Source of the DNA: Octopus sinensis
Lineage: Eukaryota
Length of the DNA: 39,641 nt
Assembly (NCBI RefSeq): GCF_006345805.1
Contig: NW_021835802.1
Coordinates: 1 to 39,641 of the forward strand
Direction of reading: 5' to 3'
The notes beneath the pieces are model-generated. The model saw only the letters and a program-made list of their open reading frames with translations, did not search any database and was not told where the DNA came from. The position numbers and the translations under genes were made by a program. Shown here in pieces: positions 1-11,689 of the stretch. The first letter of the stretch is position 1. Each line of letters starts with the position of its first letter.

Positions 1-570
<570 letters not shown>

Positions 571-1177
571 GAAATAAATAGAGAACACCGGACTAAAATG
601 ATTTCAATTTAAGAGAAGGAGCATAGGGGGAGATAAGTGGTGGGAACGTGCGCAACATGTCCACTTTCTGTAATGTTTCTGTATCATTGCGTTTGAAGAT
701 ACAACTCAGAAAACCATTGGACAATACGACTTGTTGGAAATAAGCGCTGGCAAGGAGCAGCCGATGGCATGAGAAGCGGCGTTATGGCCGCCACTACCAT
801 CGTCACAAAGAGCGCAAATCCCGCCGCCATCTTAAACCGATAAACAACAGCATTGAGCGGTGTGACGATCGATGTAATTAATATATGGAACGGCAATGGG
901 GAAGGCAGTGAAACGATATGGTTATTTTAAGCTAACAGTTAATGGTCAGAATTACAGTGAGTCTATGAGAGACTACGGCCGATCGCTTGTAAAAAGGACA
1001 GATTAAATGGCGTTTTCTCATCCAGCAATCCCCCATTTAAGCACCACTCTACCATAACCAATAAGGACCGATTTAATAGGCAGCGTAGAGATTTGTACAT
1101 GGTCGACAGAAATGCAAGAAATAGCAGCGAAATCTTACGAAAATTACGTATAAATATGTTTAAAATGTATACAAATT

Positions 1178-1348
1178 GGCGCAGGAGTGGCTGTGTGGTA
1201 AGTAGCTTGCTTACCAACCACATGGTTCCGGGTTCAGTCCCACTGCGTGGCATCTTGGGCAAGTATCTTCTACTATAGCCTCGGGCCGACCAAAGCCTTG
1301 TGAGTGGATTTGGTAGACGGAAACTGAAAGAAGCCCGTCGTATATATG

Positions 1349-1383
<35 letters not shown>

Positions 1384-1600
1384 CTGTGTTTGTGTGTCTG
1401 TGTTTATCCCCCTAGCATCGCTTGACAACCGATGCTGGTATGTTTACGTCTCCGTCACATAGCGGTTCGGCAAAAGAGACCGATAGAATAAGTACTGGGC
1501 TTACAAAGAATAAGTCCCGGGGTCGATTTGCTCGACTTAAGGCGGTGCTCCAGCATGGCCGCAGTCAAATGACTGAAACAAGTAAAAGAGTAAAAGAGTA
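1178..1600 (+). mobile_element. SINE family A, full length (tRNA-like head, central (TA)n(TG)n, 3' module, (GTAAAAGA)n tail)
   Basis: Starts GGCGCAGGAGTGGCTGTGTGGTAAG (A-box-like) with GGGTTCAGTCCC (B-box-like); ends CAGTCAAATGACTGAAACAAGTAAAAGAGTAAAAGAGTA; over 10 homologous copies in the window. Confidence 0.93.
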
Positions 1601-1729
1601 ATTTCGAGAGTGAATTTCTGTCGCATTATGGCTATTACACCCATACCTAAACAGGGGTATATTTTTCAGAAGCTTGCTTTGTAACTAAATGGTTTCGGGT
1701 TCAATCCCACAGCGCAGCTCGTTCACTGA

Positions 1730-2250
1730 GCGTTTCTTTCTTTCTTCGTGTCTTTCTTTTTGTGTCGATCTTATTCTCTCTTTCTGCTTTCTCTTCTGTC
1801 TCCGTCTATCTCTCTCTCTCTCTCTTCTTATTTTCCTTCTCTCACATTCTCTTCCTTATCTCTCTTTTAAGCTGACCCCTTTTCCTTTCTTCGTGTCTTC
1901 CTATTTGTCTCTCTCTTTTTTATCTGTTTTCTTATCTTTCCCTCTCTATTTCTCCCCCTCTCTCTCTTTCTCTTTCTCTCTCTAAAAGCTTGTCCCTCGT
2001 TCATCTGTTATTCTCTTACTTTCCTCCCCCATCTTTTCTTCTCTATGTCTCTTTCAAATTGCTCCTCTTCCTTTCTTTCTGCCTTTCTCTCTCTATCCTA
2101 TTCTCTCTATGTTCTCTCTCTATCTCTCTCCCAAATTTCTCTCTCGTTCCCCTCTCATTCTCTGTCTCGTTCCTACTTTTCTTCTCCCACACTCTTTCTT
2201 CTGCTTCGCTTTTTAATTTTTCATCTTACCTTTCAGACCTGTGCTTCATC
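1730..2250. repeat. CT-rich polypyrimidine low-complexity tract
   Basis: Almost only C/T on the plus strand. Confidence 0.9.
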
Positions 2251-2299
2251 TTCTTCATGGCTGATAAATGACTTGTGAGTTAATTTGGTTGATGGAAAC

Positions 2300-3640
<1,341 letters not shown>

Positions 3641-4141
3641 CTGTCGATATCAGAGAAATAAAGTTATCACACGTAAGCTCAAAAGAAAGAAAAAAAAAAC
3701 CTTACACATTCACTCCATTAAATAAAGTATTTCATATATCATCTATAATCGGACACATATTTCCGAATATTCTCACAGCAACAACAGCAAGAACAACATC
3801 AAGATGAACTACAACGCCTCCAACACCACCACTAATAAGAAGTACATCGATGATGATGATGATAATGATGATGATGATGATGATGACATCTTCAAAACAA
3901 TATCAGCAATGACAAAAAACAAGAGAGTTAGCTAAAGTAATTAAATTATATTTCATAAGACATAATGGATCGTGAAACGATCTAGGTCGCTGCTCTGTTT
4001 TAAAGATGTTTCGCATCTCCACCGCACCCCGCAAAAGACACACAGCTTATCATTTTTAGATCAGTAGCATATATCGTAATAATGCAAATGTTATCTGCTC
4101 TAACGATCTCTTTCTTACTCTCTCGCACTCACATTGTGTAA

Positions 4142-4423
4142 GTGTGTGTGTGTGTATATATATATACATGTGTGTGTGTGTGTGTGTGTGTGTTTGTGAG
4201 TGTGGTGTGGTGTGTGTGTGTATCTCTTTCTGTCTTTATTCAGAAACCCGCATGCATACGTATATGCACAGTGTCATACACATACATATATTCATACGGA
4301 TATATTATATATACATATATATAGAAACATATATATATATATATACTATATATATGTATATAATTATATCATATTATATGTATATATGTGTTATATGGAT
4401 ATATTTTATATATATAATATATA

Positions 4424-4467
<44 letters not shown>

Positions 4468-4701
4468 ATGTATATACATGCGTATGTATACATACGTACT
4501 AATATATACTCACAGCTACACACTACACTCACACATATGTGTGTGTGCATGTATGTATATATGTATATGCATATGTGCATGCATTTATTCAGAGTGTATG
4601 AGTTAATTTAAGAGAAGGAGAAAACGATATATTTCACGGATATATATGCATGTATGTATATATATGTAAGTATGTATATATGTTAATGTATATATATATA
4701 T

Positions 4702-4742
<41 letters not shown>

Positions 4743-4855
4743 ATGTATATATATATATATATATGAACTTATATTTATGTATGTAGGTATATATATATAT
4801 GTGTCTGTGTGTATCTATGTATTTATACGTGTGTTCTTACGAATGTATATATGTA

Positions 4856-4891
<36 letters not shown>

Positions 4892-4905
4892 GTGTGTGTG
4901 TGTAT
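4142..4905. repeat. (TG)n/(TA)n compound microsatellite field
   Basis: Visible dinucleotide repeats. Confidence 0.92.
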
Positions 4906-5147
4906 TCCTTCCAGAGTAAGAAATCCGTCGTTGAGATATATATAAGAGTACATATATTGATGCCCAATTACTTATAGCTAAATTAATGCTCCGGGATTGC
5001 AGGAAGCGACATCTCAATTGTTATAATGGTATGGAGCGAATTACGAAATGTCTCTGACAATATGCCTCATTCTTAGATAATGGAATTCTTTGGAAATGGT
5101 TAGGATAGCAGCGACTATAAATAAGGAAGTTGATTGCAAAGATTTTT

Positions 5148-5391
5148 GCGTAAATGGAAACCAGAATATAACTAATATTGGTGAAGATGATATAAGAAGG
5201 TATTAATAATATCATTAGAGGAATTTGCAAGAATCATGGGTAGGCGATAGATTTCCTCTTTGAGTTCCATCTCGACCATTTTTTCTTTTTGTTACTTTTT
5301 CTTTCTTTTTTTTTATTCTTTATGGCAATGTATCTTTTGATTTTGATTTTGATTTTTGGAGGTTTAGAATGCATTTTTTTTGTAATGTCCC
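5148..5391. repeat. ~240-bp non-coding segment duplicated at 8641-9252
   Basis: GCGTAAAT..CAGAATATAACTAATATTGGTGAAGATGATATAAGAAGGTAT...GGAGGTTTAGAATGCATTTT..TGTAATGTCCC is present in both places in the same orientation. Confidence 0.9.
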
Positions 5392-5392
5392 A

Positions 5393-5478
5393 GACACGGG
5401 AATGGCTGAGTGGTAAAAAAAATTTCGTTACACAACTTCGGTTGGTTCGATTCCAAAGCATGCTACTTTGGAGCAGTG
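5393..5478 (+). mobile_element. Highly diverged SINE-A-like head fragment
   Basis: GACACGGGAATGGCTGAGTGGTAA...GGTTCGATTCC...TACTTTGGAGCAGTGTCTGCTAC aligns loosely with the family A head. Confidence 0.5.
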
Positions 5479-5513
5479 TCTGCTACGAGAATATATATAT
5501 ATATATATATACG

Positions 5514-5613
5514 TTTTGCGGAAAAGCTGAGTTACGGGGACGTAAACACACCAGCATCGGTTTTCAAGCGATGTTGGGGGGACAGACGCAGACGCACAGA
5601 CATATAAACACAC
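5514..5613 (-). mobile_element. 100-bp local copy of part of the neighbouring SINE-A 3' half
   Basis: Near-identical to 5780-5879, including private variants (CATCGGTTTTCAAGCG). Confidence 0.85.
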
Positions 5614-5661
5614 ATATATATACATATATACATATACATAATATTCAAACGTATATATATA

Positions 5662-6065
5662 TACTCTTTTACTTGTTTCAGTCATGTGACTGTGGCCATG
5701 CTGGTGCACCGCCTTCAGTCGAGCAAATCGACGCCCAGGACTTATTCTTTGTAATACTAGTACTTATTCCATCGGGCTCTTTTGCGGAAACGCTGAGTTA
5801 CGGGGACGTAAACACACCAGCATCGGTTTTCAAGCGATGTTGGGGGGACAAACGCAGACGCACAGACATATAAACACACGTACATATGCATATACATATA
5901 TACGACGGGATTCTTTCAGTTTCCGTCTACCAAATCCACTCACAAGGCTTTGGTCGGCCCGAGGCTATAGTAAAAGATACTTGCCCAAGGTTCCACGCAG
6001 TGGTATTGAACCCGCAACCATGTGGTTGGTAAGCAAGCTACTTCCAACGCAGCCACTCCTACGCT
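5662..6065 (-). mobile_element. SINE family A, full length
   Basis: Reverse complement of the family A consensus from the tail (TACTCTTTTACTTG) to the head (CAGCCACTCCTACGC). Confidence 0.92.
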
Positions 6066-6444
6066 CCTATATCGAATCTGATCGAATCGTCCATGTGTTA
6101 ACACGTACCTGCTTGCGACAATATCAACTTTCTTTCACTAAAGATACCTTTGGCTTGATGAGTAGCTGGCGGGATACACCTCGCTTGGATATTTCCTACT
6201 TTCGTGGATCCACTGGTTCTGAAGCCTATGTAGCCCGGCTCTTATCTACTCCCTTCCTTAACTCATATATTGTCATTCGCTTACACGTCAGCCGTGTCGC
6301 CTACCGTGAAATATAACAAGAGATTTTTTACAGTTTATCGTATTTACTTACTAAAATATCCACAATATTCCGCCTCAATAAACCACTATTACTACGGATT
6401 ACTTGAAGCTAACTATCTTCCTACATTTCGATCCTTAGCTCATG

Positions 6445-6604
6445 TTTATATATATATTATATATATATATATATATATAATAATGTGTGTGTGTGTGTGG
6501 TGTGTGTTGTGTGTGTGTGTGCGTGTGTGTGTATGTATGTATGTATGTATGTATGTATGCATGTATGAATGTATGTTTGTAATATATATATATATTATAT
6601 ATAT

Positions 6605-6690
<86 letters not shown>

Positions 6691-6712
6691 AATATAAATA
6701 TATATATAAATA

Positions 6713-6744
<32 letters not shown>

Positions 6745-6759
6745 GTATAAATATATATA

Positions 6760-6822
<63 letters not shown>
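6445..6822. repeat. (TA)n/(TG)n/(TATG)n field
   Basis: Visible simple repeats. Confidence 0.93.
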
Positions 6823-6823
<1 letters not shown>

Positions 6824-7023
6824 TATGGAGAGTTTACGAAAAAAACAAAAGACGAAGACAGGTGGTGTACAAAACAAACAGATGTATTAGTATAACGCTC
6901 AGGAATAGAAAAAGTCTTTTACGTTTCGAGCCTACGCTCTTCTACAGAAAGGGACACACAAAACAAGGAGAGAAACAAGGAGAGAAAAAAAGTGTGTGTA
7001 GTGGCTAACGATCTATCATGGCG
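6823..7023. mobile_element. Probable Penelope-like element pseudo-LTR fragment embedded in (TA)n
   Basis: 200-bp complex island between TA tracts carrying a minimal hammerhead-like motif. The Penelope assignment is an inference from the known association of such motifs with PLE pLTRs. Confidence 0.5.
6914..6955 (-). ncRNA. Variant minimal hammerhead-like motif
   Basis: Minus strand GUCCCUUU-CUGUAGAAGA-G cguagg C-UCGAAA-CGUA-AAAGAC: GAG/CUC stem, palindromic ACGU stem III, GUA triplet; the CUGANGA box is non-canonical. Confidence 0.35.
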
Positions 7024-7147
7024 TACATATATATATATATATGTATTAACATATGTATTTATATTTGTAAGTATGTATGTATGTATGTATGCATGTATGT
7101 ATGCATGTATGTATGTATGTATGTATGTATGTATGTATGTATGTATA

Positions 7148-7677
7148 GGAGCAGGCGTGGTTATATGGTAAGAAGTTTGCTTCCCATTGACATAGTCCCG
7201 AGTTCAGTCCCACTACTCGGATATGTATGTTCTACTATAGTCTCGGTCTTACCGAATCCGTGTGGGTGGGTTTGGTTGAGAGGAACTGAAAAAGCCCGTC
7301 GTATGTGTGTTAAATTGGTTCCTTACCAACCACATAGGTCCTTGGTTCAGTCCCCCTGCATGGCACACTGGGCAAGTGTCTTCTTCTATAGCCTCCGTTT
7401 GACCAAAGCCTTGTGGGTGGATTTGGTAGGCGGAAACTCAAAGAAGCCCATCGTATATACGTATATATATATATGTATATGTTTCTATGTCTGTGTTTGT
7501 CCCTCCCACCATCGCTTGACAACCGATGTACGTGTGTTTACGTCCCCATAACTTAACGGTGCACTGAAAAGTACTAGGCTTACAATGAATAAATCCTGGA
7601 GCCGATTTGTTTAACTAAAGGCCTGCTCCAGCATAACCACAGTGAAATGAATGGAACAAATGAAGAATGAAAGAATA
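7148..7677 (+). mobile_element. Two tandem diverged SINE-A pieces (head only 7148-7305; 5'-truncated copy 7318-7677)
   Basis: Two successive GTTCAGTCCC...CTATAG...GAAAAAGCCCGTCG/AAGAAGCCCATCG blocks followed by one degenerate 3' module. Confidence 0.8.
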
Positions 7678-7700
7678 TATATATATATTTATATATATAT

Positions 7701-7734
<34 letters not shown>

Positions 7735-7740
7735 ATATAT

Positions 7741-7901
7741 GGCGCAGGAGTGGCTGTGTGGTAAGTAGCTTGCCTACCAACCACATGGTTCTGGGTTCAG
7801 TCCCACTGCGTGGCATCTTGGGCAATTGTCTTCTGCTATAGCCTCAGGCCGACCAATACCTTGTGAGTGATTTGGTAGACGGAAACTGAAAGAAGCCTGT
7901 C

Positions 7902-7936
<35 letters not shown>

Positions 7937-8184
7937 TAGATATGTGTGTGTGTGTGTGTGCATGTTTGTGTGTCTGTGTTTGTCCCTCTTGCATTGCTTG
8001 ACAACCGATGCTGGTGTGTTTACGTCCCCATCACTTAGCGGTTCGGCAAAAGAGACCGATAGAATAAGTACTGGGCTTACAAAGAATAAGTCCCGTGGTC
8101 GATTTGCTCGACTAAAGGCGGTGCTCCAGCATGGCCGCAGTCAAATGACTGAAACAAGTAAACGAGTAAAAGAGTAAAAGAGTA
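7741..8184 (+). mobile_element. SINE family A, full length
   Basis: Matches the 1178-1600 copy end to end. Confidence 0.93.
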
Positions 8185-8351
8185 TATATATACACAGACA
8201 CGCACATATGCGTTGTGTGTACGTGTGTGTAAAGAGTACATATTTATTATTCATTAGCAAGAATTGTGTTAATCTGTTGACTGCAACATCTGCTTACCTT
8301 TCATCTGATTCTATATATTATCTATCTGTAGATATATGTGTGTGTGCGCGC

Positions 8352-8400
<49 letters not shown>

Positions 8401-8696
8401 CGTGTATTCACCAACCGTGATGGACTGCCCTTGGCTAGATTCTCGGTATGTTATCCTTTTCCAGCATTCTCTAACTATTGATGTCGTTTTCATTGTCTGG
8501 TACAAATTCATCTACTAAGCATCATCCATCGTCATCATCGTTCTGTCTCCTTCCTCCTCTCTCTGTTTGTCTTTTGTATTCTCCCCACTATCACTGTGGG
8601 CCCAAGCCCTCTCTTGCCTCCTAATATGTGCTATCCATAGGCGTAAATCGAAATCAGAATATAACTAATATTGGTGAAGATGATATAAGAAGGTAT

Positions 8697-9067
8697 TGGG
8701 GAGGCGCAATTGCCCAGTGGTTAGGGCAGCGGACTCGCGGTCGTAGGATCGCGGTTTCGATTCCCAGACCGGGCATTGTGAGTGTTTATTGAGCGAAAAC
8801 ACCTAAAGCTTCACGAGGCTCCTGCAGGGGGTGGTGGTGAACCCTGCAGTACTCTTTCACCACAACTTTCTCTCACTCTTTCTTCCTGTTTCTGTTGTAC
8901 CTGTATTTCAAAGGGCCAGCCTTGTCACGCTGAATCTCCTTGAGAACTACGTTAAGGGTACACGTGTCTGTGGAGTGCTCAGTCACTTGCACGTTAATTC
9001 CACGAGCAAGCTGTTCCGTTGATCGTATCAGCTGGGACCCTCATCGTCGTAACCGACGGAGTGCTCC
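8697..9067 (+). mobile_element. SINE family C, full length, 13-bp TSD
   Basis: Head GGAGGCGCAATTGCCCAGTGGTTAGGGCAGCGG..GTTTCGATTCCC; TSD TATAAGAAGGTAT at 8684-8696 and 9068-9080; homologous to 28670-29043. Confidence 0.92.
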
Positions 9068-10230
9068 TATAAGAAGGTATCCATAATATCAGAGGAATTT
9101 GCAAAAATCATGGGTTGGCGATAGATTCCTCTTTTAGTTCCATCTCAGCCATTTATTCTTTTTGTTACTTTTTTCTTGTTCTTTATGGCAATGTATCTTT
9201 TGATTTTGATTTTGATATTTGGAGGTTTAGAATGCATTTTCTGTAATGTCCCGAGCCCTCTCTTGCCTCCTAATATGTGCTGTCCATTTCGCCTTTCTTC
9301 TGCAGATGGTATCCATCAAGCATCAGTTCTCACTTATCTCCTAGCACCTCATCATTGGTCGCGTGATCCGCCTAGTGGATCTCCAATCACTTTCAGAATC
9401 ACTTTTCCGAACTTCCCACTCGTCTAGCTTCGGCCTTCTTTATGGTCCACGTTCCTGAGCCGTAGAGGAGCACACTCCACCCAAAGGATATCACCGTCTT
9501 CTTCTTCTTCGGGTCACACTTCAAGTCATACTTCAGCTTTTTGGTAACCAGAGTTTTATGTTTCTTAAATTCGTTTTTAACCATGACAATTGTTGCAATG
9601 ATTTGTCTTTCAGCTCTCTCATCCTCCACGAACCTTCCAAGTATTTCAATCGTTGACTCTGCTTAAGTTGATTTCCATTTACGTTGATTTGAAATTTCTC
9701 GTCTTGGCTCTTTCTAATTTCCATTACTTCGGTTTTGTTATGTTTTCATTTCATCTTCTCTCTGTCACCTACTTCAAGCAAACTTTCCGTGATGGTCTGC
9801 AAAACCTCTGCCATGTTTGCTCTCATTGCCTGGTTGTCTTCAAATCTCACAGTCTCATCAAATGACTACAACAATTCACTCCTTCAGTCATCTTTCCCTT
9901 CACCTCTCTCATCACTACTTCAACATAAAAGTTGAAGGGCAAGGAGGGTTGAGTATACATCCTTCTTTAGCTCCCACTACTCCTTCTTGTGTAAGGTCCA
10001 ACCATTCCATGAGATGTCATTAAAGTTGTTACCCGGCCCTCGTACAGAGCTGTGATGAGAAGCCTATCTCCCCAATCTGCTCCCAGGTCTTGAAGTAAAC
10101 CCATCAATATTTTTCGATAAACCTGATTTAAAGCTTTCTCATAAAGGACATAGCAGATAGGGACATCATATTCGCGCTCGATGCCCCTTCTCCTTAAGTT
10201 TTCACAACAGCGATTGTTCCTCTCGATACC

Positions 10231-10457
10231 TATTTCTTTATTACACACAAGGGGATAAACATAGAGGGGACAAACAAGGACAGATTAAGTCGATTACATC
10301 GACCCCAGTGCGTAACTGGTACTTAATTTATCGACCCCGAAAGGATGAAAGGCAAAGTCGACCTCGGCGGAATTTGAACTCAGAACGTAACGACAGACGA
10401 AATATGGCTACGCATTTCGCCCGGCGTGCTAACGTTTCTGCCAGCTCGCCGCCTTAG
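10231..10457 (-). mobile_element. SINE family B monomer, 13-bp TSD, inserted in the RTE RT
   Basis: Head GGCGAGCTGGCAGAAACGTTAGCACGCCGGGCG, B-box GAGTTCAAATTCC, core GCCTTTCATCCTTTCGGGGTCGATAAA; TSD TCCTCTCGATACC at 10218-10230 and 10458-10470. Confidence 0.93.
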
Positions 10458-10713
10458 TCCTCTCGATACCATTCGTTTCCTGAAACCAAACTGATTTTTC
10501 CCATTGAATCCTTCCGCTTTGATTCTCAGCATGTTACTAATCCCTTTCAACGCTATTTAGGATGCATGGAATATGGAACTGATATTATGATGACCTTCAC
10601 ATTTCTGGGCATTTATCTATTTCTGGAGGGGGATTATGATGCTTCTGAAGAATTCGTGTGTCCACATACCAGAGTTGTAGACATCTTTGCATAAGACCAC
10701 CAATACTTGTTGT

Positions 10714-10870
10714 GAAGGCGCGTGGCTTAGTAGTTAGAGTGTTGGATCCATGAACGTGTGATTGTGGCTTCGATACTTGGACCGAGAGACACATTGTGTT
10801 CTTGAGCAAAACTCTTCATTTCACGTTGTTCCACACTATTCAAATAGTAAAAATGAGTAATCATGTGACA
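10714..10870 (+). mobile_element. SINE family D head/body, diverged
   Basis: GAAGGCGCGTGGCTTAGTAGTTAG..CTTGAGCAAAAC..AAAAATGAGTA; same head type as the minus-strand copy ending at 23484. Confidence 0.7.
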
Positions 10871-11127
10871 CACACGTGTCCTGCCCAGATAAGTTATATA
10901 TACACCATAGATGCTGGAAAACCGTCCCTTATGAGTCTGTTTGACTCGAGAAGCTACTCTTTTTACTTACGAGTACATGTGACACTTCTGTACTCAGTAT
11001 CTTCAGCACCTCTGCATGTATGCTGCCTTACCACTCAGCTTCTTCAACTTGTTGAGATCTTTTATTGCCATCCGTATCTCAGCGTCCAGTAACATCGTCC
11101 CAGCTAGTCATTCTTCACCTTCATCTT

Positions 11128-11517
11128 GAGTGGCTGTGTGGTAAGTAGCTGGCTTACCAACCACATGGTTCTGGGTTCAGTCCCACTGCGTGGCACCTTG
11201 GGCAAGTGTCTTCTACTTTAGCCTCGGGCCGACCAAAGCCTTGTGAGTGGATTTGGTAGACAGAAACTGAAAGAAGCCCGTCGCATATATGTATATATGT
11301 GTATGTGAGTGTATATGTTCGGGATTCTGTTTGTCCACCAACATCGCTTGACAATCGATGCTGGTGTGTTTATGTCCCCGTCACCTTGCGGTTCGGCAAA
11401 AGAAACGAGAGAATAAGTACTAGGTTTACAAAGAATAAATCCTGGGGTCGATTTGCTTGACTAAAGGCGGTGCTCCAGCATGGCCACAGTCAAATGACTG
11501 AAACAAGTAAAGAGTAA
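11128..11517 (+). mobile_element. SINE family A, near full length
   Basis: GAGTGGCTGTGTGGTAAG...GACTGAAACAAGTAAAGAGTA. Confidence 0.92.
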
Positions 11518-11519
11518 GA

Positions 11520-11675
11520 AGGCAATCTGGCAGAATCGTCGATCAAATTCTGCCGAGATCACTTTTGCTTTTGTATCCTTTCGGGATCGATAAAATAAAG
11601 TACCAGTTACTCATTGGGGGTCAATGATCTCAACCAGTACACTCCCTCAAGATTTCAGGCCTTGTGCCGATAGAA
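11520..11675 (+). mobile_element. Old SINE-B-related (B2) fragment
   Basis: CTGGCAGAATCG..ATCCTTTCGGGATCGATAAAATAAAGTACCAG. Confidence 0.65.
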
Positions 11676-11689
11676 GAAACTATTTACAC

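Larger units (their letters stand above)
8340..11127 (-). mobile_element. Decayed RTE-clade LINE (RT and C-terminal region), interrupted by four insertions, (CA)n-type tail
   Basis: Minus-strand peptides in RTE order: EIRMAIKDL..IHAEVLKIL (11.0 kb), LCKDVYNSGMW..SIIIPLQK (10.65 kb), KNQFGFRKR (10.5 kb), YEKALNQV..LITALY, KYL, WSVLLYGSGTWTIKKAE (9.45 kb), TNDEVL, CRRKAKWTAHIL, ECWKRI (8.45 kb); stops and frameshifts throughout. Confidence 0.85.

Noticed and set aside
1178-1260. tRNA genes at SINE heads (families A-D)
   Set aside because: A/B boxes are present, but there is no complete cloverleaf or terminator, and each head continues into a SINE body.
1671-1718. Short SINE-A-like head remnant (AGCTTGCTTTGTAACTAAATGGTTTCGGGTTCAATCCCAC)
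   Set aside because: Too short and diverged to annotate with confidence.
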